The position numbers and the translations under genes were made by a program. Below, piece after piece: positions 52,501 through 64,000 of a DNA stretch of 64,000 bases. Within the stretch, counting starts at the first letter, position 1. Each line of letters opens with the position of its first letter. The notes below the pieces were generated by a model, which had not been told where the DNA came from, made no database searches, and saw nothing but the letters and a program-made list of their open reading frames with translations. Source of the DNA: Negaprion brevirostris (taxonomy: Eukaryota); NCBI GenBank assembly GCA_030324005.1, contig JARDVH010000140.1:17423070-17487069 (forward strand). The letters run 5' to 3'.

Positions 52501-54069
52501 NNNNNNNNNNNNNNNNNNNNNGTAAAGCCCTCTACCCTACACCAATCCCTCAACCATGCATTCAACTGCATGATCTCGTTATTCTTTGCCCTGCTGGTTA
52601 ATAAAATTTAAGCAGTTAACAGTTCAATCTCACACACCCATATGATTGCCGGCTCTTCGACTGGAGCTCCATTTGAGATTTCTTGCACGCTTTTATATTC
52701 CTTCTCTTCAGCTATTTACCCAAATTTTTTTTTCAAAAAAAGGGGCGTTAGCACAAATATCTGTGATAAAGCAATTCATTCCTAATTACTGAATTAAACA
52801 ATTTTTAAACTGCTGCTTTCATCCTTTCAGCAACATCTGGGCTTTCATTACTGATTCACCCATCAGTAGAAACAATCTTATTTACTATCTTAAAAATGTC
52901 AGTTTTTGAAACAATTAGATTTCCCTGAATCTTTCCTTATTCCTGTGAAACGAGCTCTTTTGTGTGTACTTGTACACCAGATAAAAATTCAATCATAATT
53001 AGTGTAGACTTCCACTCTGCTTTTAAAAATGCATTCTATTGACAGCAAGCACTAACTACTAAAAATGTCATCAGTATAATTTTCAAAATGAATGGCTCCC
53101 ATAGCATTGAAGCTTTCTAAATTACGTAAATTCATTTGATAAAACACAAAGCTGTGTTTCATGAAAGAGACCTTTGTTTATGATTAGAAAATGAATATAT
53201 TGTTAACTGTGGTTGGAAAAAGCTACTTGTGCTGCAAGTGCCACTGGAATACATTTAAACACTGATTTGTAGCGTTCCTATTGTGGCAACGGCCTTTATG
53301 GTTACTAAATATCCACTGGTTTCACCCAAAGTTACGCTTTCTCAGGTCTAGAGAAATTTTTAAGTTTAGTTGAGTGAAATTGAGCAAGAGTTAAGCAGCT
53401 TTTATAGTTCAACTTACAGCTCCTAGCCGCTCTTAACATGGCCTTCTCCACAAGTGTATACAGCCAAGCATACTAAGTAATATAGATTGGAAGTACCCGA
53501 GCACAATTTTCAACCTAACTTGAATTAGATCATAGATGGAACGATGAGAATTTTTTTTTTTAAAAGATCCAAGCCTTCCTGCTCTATTCCTAACATGTCT
53601 TCTGTGCAAGAAGCAACGTCAGGTTTGGCTGTAACATTCAACTAGGCTAACGCAAAGAATGGGAAGATGCAAGAGATGCAGGTGGACTACTGGTATATGG
53701 GAAATTTTCTGTACTTTCAGAAATTGGTAATCAATGCCACTCGCTGTTAGAATTAAAGTGCTCAGCAAATTCACTGGTTTAAAAATATAAAAGTGTGTCA
53801 GATTATCAGTATCCCTATAAAGAAACTGCTTTGTCTATTAATGCTGATCACACATTTAGGCAGCACAATGCAGCAGATGAGAAGGGCAAAGTGGTGAGCA
53901 GCCCACAAAATGAAGCATGAGCAAGGCTGCTGTTTTACAGTGACTGATTAAACCAAGTTAGCCTAATTCTACTTTATTATATAGTATTCCAGGACTATCA
54001 CTGTTCTGGTGACTGCCAGTTTATATTTAAGGCTGATGATTTATATTGACTGAATAAATCAAAGTACCT

Positions 54070-54850
54070 ATCAGGAATACAAGTTGACCATTTGGCCATC
54101 NNNNNNNNNCTGCTATTCAATTAGATGAAGGCTGATCATCTATCTCAATGCTGCTTCCCCGCACTATAACAATATCCCTTGGTGTCATTAATCACCAGAA
54201 ATCCACTGATTTCTATCTTGGACCTGCTCAATGATCGACTTTCCGCAGCCCTCTGGGATGCAGAATTCCAAAGATTTACTACCCTCTGAAGAAATTCATC
54301 AGCATCTCGATCTTAATTGGCCACCCCTTAATCTGAGATAATGTACCCTGATTTTAGACTCATTAGCCATGGAAAATATCTTATTTACATCCACCTTGTG
54401 ACACTCAAGAATTTTGTAAGTTTCAACAAGGTCATCCCTTGTTCTTCAAAATCTTAAGGGTTACAGATCCAGTCATGGTCTCTCCTCATACGACAATCTT
54501 GTAATCCTGGGGATGAATCTGGTGATCCTTTGTTACACTCTATATCCTTCCTTAGATACAGAAACTAAAACTGTGCACACTACTCCAGGTGATCACCAAG
54601 GCTCCAGATAATTGCAGCAAGACGTCTTCACTCCTGTACTTAAATCCCCTCACAAATGAAGGCCACATACCATTGACCTTCCTAATTGCATGTTGTACTG
54701 TATACTAGCCTTCAGTGACATGAACCAGGGCACCTACACTTATCATTTAAGGAATATTCTGCTGGTGAATTATTTCAGACACATTCACATTATATTCTAT
54801 CTGTCCTGCTCTTGCCCACTCAGCCTGTTTAACTTAAGTCTTTTTGCACC
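54070..54850 (-). mobile_element. CR1 LINE 3' portion
   Basis: gaattccaaagatttactaccctctgaagaaattc and aactgtgcacactactccagg (LE..VHSF) on the reverse strand. Confidence 0.8.
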
Positions 54851-54964
54851 CTCCGAGGACGGAATTGCGATCATGTTCTGCAATTCAGTACATTTTTCTT
54901 AGAAAAATACAGGTCAGTAGCAATGGAGCCATTTGTTAAAATGCAGAGGAAGAAACAAGGTATC

Positions 54965-55690
54965 AGCCTTGGTTTAGTGGTGGTCCTGACACCTTTGTCA
55001 GAAGGCTGTTGGCTCCACTAAAAAGCCATTTCTGGCACACACAACCAAATGGTCTCCTGTGCTGTAGAATTTAAAGTCCTACACTAGAGACTCATGTACA
55101 TAATCTAAGATGGCACTTCACTCCGAAAGAAATCCCACAACACCAGTTTAAAGTCCAAACAGGATTTATTTGTAGCAAAAGTCGCAAGCTTTCGGGACAG
55201 CCTGTCCCTTCGTCCGGTGGCTGGGCGTTCACCTGCCACCTGACGAAGGGACAGTCTGTCCNNNNNNNNNNNNNNNNNNNNNNNNNNNNNNNNNNNNNNN
55301 NNNNNNNNNNNNNNNNNNNNNNNNNNNNNNNNNNNNNNNNNNNNNNNNNNNNNNNNNNNNNCCTTCGTCAGGTGGCTGGGCGTTCACCTGCCACCTGACG
55401 AAGGGACAGTCTGTCCCGAAAGCTTGCGGCTTTTGCTACAAATAAATCCTGTTTGGACTTTAAACTGGTGTTGTGGGATTTCTTTGTTTTACCCCAGTTC
55501 AACGCCAGCATCTCCACAGCATGACTTCAATCCGATAGAGGGAGTGCTGCACTGCTGGAAGCACCGTTTGCAAATGTGATGTTAACACTGAGGTCCCATC
55601 TATCCACTTAGATGAAAACATTTGAAAGAGTACATATTCTGATGACTTGGTCAATATTTAGCCTTCAATCAACATCACTAAAAACACAAT
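54965..55690 (+). mobile_element. DeuSINE (SacSINE1-like) host split by a fold-back insertion
   Basis: ggtttagtgg head...acataatctaag | gagggagtgctgcactg...gatgttaacactgagg...caatatttagccttcaatcaacatcactaaaa. Confidence 0.7.
55126..55523 (+). mobile_element. Young Penelope-derived fold-back element (96-bp inverted arms plus 38-bp tail)
   Basis: Arms 55126-55221 and 55390-55485 are reverse complements with 3 mismatches; flanked by acttcactccga (55115-55126) and acttcaatccga (55524-55535). Confidence 0.85.
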
Positions 55691-55739
55691 TTCTGCTTCA
55701 GTTACCAGAAGCTCAAGGTCGTGCTTACAGACTTGCTGG

Positions 55740-56332
55740 AGGTGCTCTGCACCTTGCTCTCCGTTCCATTAAAGGAGATAGATTGAGGAACATCTCGATT
55801 CAGTCTGCAAGCTTGACTGAGTTTTTGATGCCCCATCATTTTATTTCTCTTCTTTACTCTATTCTGACCTCTTCAATCTTAGCTTTCTGTAGCTCCAATG
55901 AAGCTCATTTGGAAGCTTGAAGGGACAGCATCTCATTTTCAATTAAGTGTTTTTCAGCTTTCCAAATTCGAGGGCAACAATTTCAAATTGGTCACCACAT
56001 TTTTCAGGCCAGCTACGATAGTCATGATATAGTTATCACCTATAGACCCATCTTTGTTTTACTTGGTTCACTCTTTTTGCCTTGCACCATGATCCCTTTA
56101 ATCGCTCTTGCTTTCTAATCTATCACAGACCTTTCCTTTCTCTTTCTCCCCTCCCCTTTCCTTTGAACTTAAAATCTGATCCATCTCTTAAATTTTCTCA
56201 TTCAGGAAAGATCAACCACCCAAAAAACCAACTTTCCTTTCCTCTTGCGAACAGACAGTACCTAACCTGGTGAATATTTACAGCATTTTCTGTTTATATT
56301 TCAGATTTCCAGCATCTGCAGTATTTTGTTTT
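55740..56332 (+). mobile_element. Penelope-like element 3' fragment
   Basis: tccaatgaagctca...aagcttga...cagcatctcattttc (degenerate SNEA..KLE.QHLIF) and terminal cagcattttctgttt...cagatttccagcatctgcagtattttg. Confidence 0.7.
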
Positions 56333-56484
56333 CAAATAGGTACAAACAGTACTGCTAATTAATTTTGCTGTGATATTCAGCAAGGCTGTTGCTAAATTTA
56401 ATCCACATAGGGAAAAACTATGCTCTCCTGTAATAAGATATATTCTGTATAGATTTCTGAGCATGCTTCAAAAAGTTATATGAC

Positions 56485-57805
56485 TTTGAGAGACAAGATC
56501 AACAGGCATTTAGCAATGCAAGGACTGATTAGGGACAGTCAGCATGGCTTTGTGCGATGCCTCAGATTTGATTGAGGTTTTTGAAGGGGTAACCAAGATG
56601 GCAGATGAGGGCAGTGCAGTTAATGTTGTCGACATGGACTTCAGCAAGGCACCGCATGGCAGGTTGTTGCATAAAGTTAAATCTCATGGGACCCAGGGTG
56701 AGATATCTAAATGGATACAAAATTGGCTTCTTGACAGAAACCAGAGGGTGGTTCTAGAGAGTTGTTTTTCAAACTGGAGGCCTGTGACCAGCAGTGTACC
56801 TCAGGGTTCAGTGCTGGGTCCACTGTTATTTGTCATTTATATTAATGATTTGGATGAGAATATAGGAGGCATGGTNNNNNNNNNNNNNNNNNNNNNNNNN
56901 NNNNNNNNNNNNNNNNNNNNNNNNNNNNNNNNNNNNNNNNNNNNNNNNNNNNNNNNNNNNNNNNNNNNNNNNNNNNNNNNNNNNNNNNNNNNNNNNNNNN
57001 NNNNNNNNNNNNNNNNNNNNNNNNNNNNNNNNNNNNNNNNNNNNNNNNNNNNNNNNNNNNNNNNNNNNNNNNNNNNNNNNNNNNNNNNNNNNNNNNNNNN
57101 NNNNNNNNNNNNNNNNNNNNNNNNNNNNNNNNNNNNNNNNNNNNNNNNNNNNNNNNNNNNNNNNNNNNNNNNNNNNNNNNNNNNNNNNNNNNNNNNNNNN
57201 NNNNNNNNNNNNNNNNNNNNNNNNNNNNNNNNNNNNNNNNNNNNNNNNNNNNNNNNNNNNNNNNNNNNNNNNNNNNNNNNNNNNNNNNNNNNNNNNNNNN
57301 NNNNNNNNNNNNNNNNNNNNNNNNNNNNNNNNNNNNNNNNNNNNNNNNNNNNNNNNNNNNNNNNNNNNNNNNNNNNNNNNNNNNNNNNNNNNNNNNNNNN
57401 NNNNNNNNNNNNNNNNNNNNNNNNNNNNNNNNNNNNNNNNNNNNNNNNNNNNNNNNNNNNNNNNAATCAATATCTTTCCCAAAGGTAGGTGAGTCTAAAA
57501 CTAGAGGGCATAGGTTTAAGATGAGAGGGGAGAGATATAAAAGTGTCCAGAGGGGCAATTTTTTCCAGAGAGGGTGGTGAGTGTCTGGAACAAGCTGCCA
57601 GAAGTAGAAGAGGAGGTGGGTACAATTTTATCTTTTAAAAAGCATTTAGATAGTTACATGGGTATGACGGGTATATAGAGGGATATGGGCCAAACGCGGG
57701 CAACTGGGATTAGCTTAGGGGTTTTAAGCACAAAAAAAGGGTGGCATGGAGAATGTGGGCTGAAGGGCCTGTTTCCATGCTGTAAACCTCTATGACTCTG
57801 ACTAT
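56485..57805 (+). mobile_element. CR1 LINE RT and 3' end spanning an N gap
   Basis: ORF 56544: [11 protein letters not shown]...[20 protein letters not shown]; after the gap, gagggtggtgagtgtctggaacaagctgcca and tail ctctatgactct. Confidence 0.92.
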
Positions 57806-58029
57806 GACACGGGCAGAGCTCAATGCCTGTGGAAATACAGCCAAATTACCAACGCTGAAAGTTAACCTAATCTATTCCACCAAAGTCGCCCAATTCAGGA
57901 AAAGAAGGTTTTAAAGGAAGATATTCCATGATTTCCTTCCATGTACCAAAATTTAAACAATGAGTTAACAATCCCTTTGCATGGTGATCCACATTCCTGT
58001 GGGAAGTCTGCAGTAACCTCAACTATACA

Positions 58030-58605
58030 ACAATTTACATCTGTACACTGCCTTGAACATAGTAAACTGCCCCCAAAACACTTCACAGGCAAATGTGACC
58101 CCAAGTATCCTCAGAGAGCAGAAAATGTGGCCAAAGGCTTTGTCAAAGTGGTAGGTTTTAATGATCATCTTGGAAGGAAGAAAGGGGCTTAGAGAAGGAA
58201 TTCAAAAATGGGGACCCAAACAGCTAAAGGCACACATCAATGGGGACGGAAAGAAATTGGGAACGCACAATAGACAAGAAGTGAAGAAACACGACTCAGA
58301 ACTGGGGCAGGAAGAGATTATAGAAATAGGGTGAGGATGGGGAAAAATTCAAGTATAAGGAGAAGTTTAAATTTCAGATGTTGCTCGATTAGGTCAGTGG
58401 ACACATGGGTGACAGATTAGGTGGTGCAAGTGGGGACAGCGGCAAGACATGGTGCAAGTGGGGATGGCGGCAGCAGAGTTCTGGATGAGCGCAAGTGTAC
58501 AGATAATGGAAGATGGAAAGCTGGTTGTGAGAGCATTGGAATAGTTGAATTTAGAAGTAACAACGCAATGGCTGAGGACTTCAGCAGCACACATATTGAA
58601 GTGGA
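58030..58605 (-). mobile_element. L2-like LINE 3' fragment
   Basis: ORF 58394-58594 VTSKFNYSNAL...LALIQNSAA resembles L2 SRLDYCNSLL...LQLIQNAAA. Confidence 0.7.
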
Positions 58606-58945
58606 GTGAAGACTCAAGATGATAAGAAACAGGAGATTAAGTCACAGTCCCTTTTGGGGGAAATGAACTAATTTCTTATCTCAGGAGGGAACCGAGTGTA
58701 TGGTGTTGAAATTTGCTGATGACACCAAGATTGGTGGAACGGCAAATTGCACGGAGGGTNNNNNNNNNNNNNNNNNNNNNNNNNNNNNNNNNNNNNNNNN
58801 NNNNNNNNNNNNNNNNNNNNNNNNNNNNNNNNNNNNNNNNNNNNNNNNNNNNNNNNNNNATCAGCCATGATCTTATTGAATGGCGGGGCAGGTTCGAAGG
58901 GCTAGATGGCCTACTCCTGCTCCTATTTCTTACGTTTTTATGTTC

Positions 58946-59286
58946 TCAATGCCCGACTGCTTATTCTGCGACTTTATTGATTACTTCTATATTCCCCATT
59001 CCATTATCTGTAGACTTGCGCTCATCCAGAACTCTGCTGCTGGCATTGCCACTTGCACCACGTCTTCTCCGCCAATCAAAAAGATCATTGTTCAATTCCA
59101 CCTTCCAGAACAAACTCCTTATTGTTTTATTAGCCTAGTAACCAAAAACTTCAGTTTTCAGCATATTCATCCACACCTCTCTAGGGTGGAAAATTCCCAA
59201 GATTCACAAAATGAATTCATTTCTTATCTCAGTTCAATGCCCGACTGCTTATTCTGCGACTTTATTGATTACTTCTATATTCCCCA
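58946..59286. repeat. Exact 53-bp direct repeat pair (58946-58998 and 59234-59286)
   Basis: tcaatgcccgactgcttattctgcgactttattgattacttctatattcccca occurs twice. Confidence 0.9.
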
Positions 59287-59479
59287 GCCTGGGGTAACAT
59301 GTGTAGCCATAATCTCCAGGGGTATCGGCAAAGTAATGCAAAATGGGATTAGTGTAGTCAGACCTTTACTGACTGGCATGAGCACAATAGACCAAATTGC
59401 CGCCTCCTTGCTGTAAGCATCAGTGAATTTATGAAACGTGCTTCCAACATCTATGATGTCAAGCCTCTTAAGAATTTGA

Positions 59480-60130
59480 TTTTTCAAATTAGGTCACCTT
59501 TCACTCTTCTAAATGTTAAAAAGTAGTTTACTTGATCTCTCCTTTGAGGATAATCCCTGCATCCCTGGAATCAAGTAAATCTGCTTTGCACTAAGGCAAG
59601 AGTAACCTTCCTTGGGCATACAGACGGCATACAGCACTCTAGGTCCCACCAGGGTCCTATATAATTGTAAGATTTCTTTACTCTTTCACATTCAGTATCC
59701 TTTGTAACTAAAGATAATGTAGTATTTACTTTTCTAATTGCTTATATTGGCTGCATGTCAAATCTTCAGTGATTCTGTGAAGGACACAGGTCCACCTGAA
59801 TGCTGATGTTTTCTAGTGCCTCCATATTTAAAATAATATTCTGCTTCCCATTTTTCCCCATCAAAGTAGATAACTTCACGTTTTCACATTTTATTCCAGC
59901 TGTCACATTCTCTTGCCAAAACACACAACCTATTTAAATTCCTTTCCAACATCTCTGCGCTCCCTCCACCAGATACTTTTTCATGCAACTTTGCAATAAT
60001 TACATTCAGTCCCCTCAGGTAAGTTTTTTTTTTAAAGAATGTGAACAGTTAAGACTCCAGCACTAATTTTTGTGGTACCATACTAGAGACAATCTGCCAA
60101 CCAGAAAATGATCCATTGATTCCCTGTTCC
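59480..60130 (-). mobile_element. Decayed CR1 fragment
   Basis: Reverse-complement CR1 RT C-terminal signatures (ttttctaattgct, aaagtagataacttcac, ccagcactaatttttgtggtacc). Confidence 0.7.
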
Positions 60131-60139
60131 CTCGGACTC

Positions 60140-60625
60140 ATTTTCGGGATGGAAGTGCTATTGCAAGGTCAGCATTTAATATCAATCCCTAATTCTGCTG
60201 GAAAAGGTGATGGTTCCAGAATTTTGTCCCAGCAAAGATGAAAGCATGATGACACATTTCCAAGCGAGGGTGGGGTGTGACATGGAAGAAAACTTGCAGA
60301 TGGTGATGTTCCCTTGCATCTACTGTCCCTAATTTCTTTAGGTGGCAGAGGTTGCAAGTTTGGAAGGTTCTGTCAAAGGTGGTGTGACAAATTGCTGATG
60401 TATCACGTAGACAGCAGCACACTGATGATGAAGGGAGTGAATGCCTTATGTGATGAATAGGGTGCCAAGCAAGCCAGGCTGATTGGTCCTGGATGATGCC
60501 AATCTTCTTGAGTTCCATCACACACCTGATTTGTGCCTTGTATATGGTGGAAAGGGAATTAGGAGACAAGTTACTCAAATACCCATCCTCTGAGCTGCTC
60601 ATGTAACCACTGATTTTATGTGCCT
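60140..60625 (-). mobile_element. CR1/L2-group LINE 3' fragment (second family)
   Basis: ORF 60189-60602 LSTIYKAQIRCVME; reverse complement of the 30115-type body. Confidence 0.75.
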
Positions 60626-63600
60626 TGTCTAATGGTGATGAGTGATGTTACAGAAGTCTTGATGGGGCAGATGTGGTTCAGCATCTAACAGGAGACCAAA
60701 TTTGCTCAGCCTCAGACAGTAACCAAGGAAAGTGACATAACCGGTACTAAGGAACAGAGATTTTGGCAGGCACCAGAAAAAAAAACAGCTTCAGTCTTCT
60801 CAAATATTAGACTGGAGGAAAGCATTTGCTTGATGGACAAAAAACTTGATAAGTGACAGGCAGTGGAAGGGTAGAGAGGTGATGATGAGGTACAGCTGGC
60901 TATCACGTGTAAACGTGGAACCTGATGGGTTTTTGAGAGTCAGCACGTTAATGGGAAATAGTGGATGGGACAAGGGAGCCCTTGAGAGGGACGGGATGAA
61001 ACTATGGCACCTGTGGAGGAACGAGAAAAGGGAACAGGAAATTCTCTGGCAACGTGTGGATCAATAAGAATGGATCAAGATATGGGCAATCCTTTTCACT
61101 TAATTCGTGCAATGTACAACAATAAAATTGAAATCAAATTACACAATTTTTCATTAACTTTAATAATTTTAGTTCCTTCATTCATTTTAATAATTTCCAA
61201 CTACAATTTGTAACTTCTCTAAAAGATAATCAAATTAATGCCACAAATCCCCAACCCCCTTCCTCCCAAGACAAGTACTAAAACACATAACAATTAGGTC
61301 CGCTTTTATTAATAGCTTACTGATACCACTGATGGCCATGCCTCCAGTTACCCAGACCCCAAGCTCTGGAATTCGTTCCCCACACTTCACCTCGCTATGT
61401 CACTTTCCTCCTTTAAAGATGCTCCTTAAAACCTTCCTCTTTGACCAAGCTTTTTGATATCTGACTTAATATCTTCTCATGTGGCTTGGTGCCATAAATG
61501 AGTTTTAAAATGTCCATCGAAGTACTTTGGGTCATTTCAAGGCACTTGACAAGTTATTTCCGACACCACAGTCAGTCACAGGCATTATTTGCAGCATTTC
61601 AGTTCAAAATGCCAAGCTCATTTCTTGAGATACAAATACAATGGCTATGCAGTCAAAACATATTCAAAATGAGCATCTATTTAGCACAAAAATGCTAACA
61701 TGATTTAACAGGATAAGTACTCAAATGCAGTAAATCTTAATCAGATCAATTTTAAAATTAGACTGCAGAAATCCATTAGGTTTACATTCCAATCTACATA
61801 CTTGTGTGGAGTTACTTTTTAATTTCCTTTAAATGCGAGAAATACGCCTGCAATGTCATGATTTTTCACAAGTTCAATAAGCAAGCCTCAACTGGAAAAA
61901 GGCATGAATAGAAATATCTTTCAACTACTTCCTTGACAAAGCTTCACTAAATAATTAGACATTCAATACTTCTTTAAAAAATATATGAACATACAATGGG
62001 AGTGACAGTATGTACGCCTGCATAAAATGAGAGTAGAATAAGGCCAAAAAGCTGTCTGAACAGGTGTTGCAGTCTATCATGCAAACCCAGATGACACATC
62101 TGAAAGGGTAACCTAAATGCAATAAAAAATACCCAAAAGGATAACAGATGGCCAAGCAGCAAAAAACAACAGTAGCTGAATCAAGGGCCTGCAAAGAGAT
62201 CAAAAACCATAATAATATCAGAGCTATTGCTGCCTTTGTATTCACAAGCTACTTTGAAATGCATGCACATACTGCTAGTATTTATCACTGACATATTGGT
62301 TCAGATTGGTACAGTCAAGCTGCTATAAGGATGGAACTTCTTACAAATGACAAGTGAAAGGGGCAATCACAAACTAGAGATGTTAAAGCAGAAAGCACAA
62401 ATGTGATTTGCATGGAGGAAATACAGGGTACTTTGCAGGATCCAGCACGCGGTATGTAACTATACTTTTGATAGCAAACATAAATCAGTTGCGATTTCAC
62501 ACCTCAGAATGATTTCTAGAAATCAACCAGATATTTTTACAAAAATATGCAGGTATTCAATAATGATGTTTAAATAAACATTTATGCATTAACAAAAGGT
62601 AAAGAAATGTTTACTTTTAGAAGTGACAATTGGTAATGATTCCCAGTTCTTTTCAACTGCTATTTATGATAAAACACTAAAAGAAACCCTGAGCTAAATG
62701 AACATAGTGAGAATACTGTGCAAAATTCCAATATGATTGATCATGCTCAGAGCTATTCAAGTAGGTAACTTAATCAAGCAAACATTTTCAACAGTCAGTT
62801 GACTTGTCCAATACAATTCTAGTGGTTAGTCATCTGATTGAAGGCAATTTGGCTTTAGTTACATTTTCCTTAGTCGAGAGAATTTGCATCAATGTCTGTC
62901 AAATTTCTACATGACCAATTCTCTGCTCCTTTCTCCATTAATACAGAACTATAAATTAACCAATATGAAGTCATTTGGTTGTAAAAAAACTATAGTATTG
63001 CTGAAAAAAAGTGTACACACCTGTTTCAGCCAACCAAAATAAGGGACAGCCATTTGCTGGTTCATTCCACATGGAACTGCCTTGACCAGAATCGAGTTGC
63101 CTGGTTTCCATTTCAACAACGCTTGGCAGTTAATTGCCAGTCACCATCAATTGGTACATTCTCCTTTACAACAAATCCACCAGAGTCCACTTGCCAACCA
63201 ATCAGCACCTTCTTACATAGTACAAGATCGTTGTTTCCCCACTGATATTAGTGCAATTGTCCCAATAAGTGCAAGATGAAACGCTTTGACAAAATGTCTT
63301 TTTCAACAAGACACAAAATGAATCTTGACCCAGAGACAATTTGTAATGTCCATTAATACAATGGCCCTAAAACTTGTTCATTTCTAGATTGCACTGGATA
63401 CCAGAAGTGTCATTCACAACCCAGAACCTTACAGGAGACCCTTCAACCCATTCTACATGTAACAACTTTTTGAAAGAACCATCAAGTACCATCCCCTATT
63501 TCTCCAAAGCCTTGCAATTTTTTTCCTTTTCAAATATTTATACAACTTTCTTTTGAAAGTTACTTATAGATCTCCTACTCATACCCTTTCAGGCAACATA

Positions 63601-63894
63601 TTACTGGACACAATTCTATATGTGAAAAAAATCTAGTCTCATTTTTGTTCTTCTGTTGAGTATTTGAAAGATGCCCTCGTGTTACTAACCCCATCTGTTA
63701 GTGAAAAGTATTTCTCTGCACTTAATTCATCATAATTAAGACAATCGATTAAATCTTTGCTTGAACAGCTCCGCTCCAAAGAGAACAATTCCATCAATGG
63801 TCATCACCTAATAGAACAGGGTACCAATTTGTGTCAGAGCATACAAACAGAAGAATGCACCAACAGATGAAGCTAGAGATTGCAAAAGGACAGA

Positions 63895-64000
63895 ATTAAA
63901 AGCTTGCTTTCTGAATATGCACAGCATTCATAACAAAACAGATGAATTGTTAGCACAGACAAAGAAATATGATAACTGTTAGAGATATGGTTGCAATGAG
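63895..64000 (+). mobile_element. Start of a CR1 ORF2 APE endonuclease remnant
   Basis: ctgaatatgcacagcattcataacaaaacagatgaattg reads LNMHSIHNKTDEL, resembling LNARSI.NK.DEL; truncated by the window end. Confidence 0.6.

Larger units (their letters stand above)
1..64000 (-). other. GIT1: GIT1 gene body (partial: intron 1 through intron 8)
   Basis: Seven spliceable exons in collinear order on the - strand. The joined translation (D)PGWASINRGVLVCDECC...DHKNGHYVIPQMAD has GIT1-type rather than GIT2-type residues (DPGWAS, GVLVC, HKLPC, DDDGVT, EKGTT, DVNGRTPID, ECQYEL, DHKNGHY) as recalled from the human proteins. Confidence 0.9.

Overview
Vertebrate nuclear DNA from a draft assembly with many N gaps. 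The repeat content (HE1/V-SINE-like and DeuSINE-like SINEs, CR1/HER1-like LINEs, Penelope-like elements, Rex1/Babar) points to a shark or other elasmobranch. The whole window lies inside one minus-strand gene, GIT1 (ARF GTPase-activating protein GIT1). I reconstructed seven consecutive coding exons (2-8 by human numbering, 709 nt, all GT-AG, phases consistent) encoding most of the ArfGAP domain and the ankyrin repeats. Coding exon 1 and the exons after exon 8 were not found in the window. Much of the intronic sequence is decayed retroelements, often nested; almost all short ORFs in the supplied track are chance ORFs, TE remnants or N-gap artefacts. I found no convincing novel multi-gene system. 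The most notable signals are: a young 96-bp-arm fold-back Penelope-derived element with a hammerhead-ribozyme-like core inside a DeuSINE, two shorter relatives with the same inverted-5'-end architecture, a nested CR1 locus with an internal inverted repeat, an LF-SINE-like relic, V-SINEs with two different 3' tails, and a mosaic duplication/inversion at 58.4-59.3 kb. Repeat family names come from recalled consensus sequences, not a database search, and repeat boundaries are approximate.
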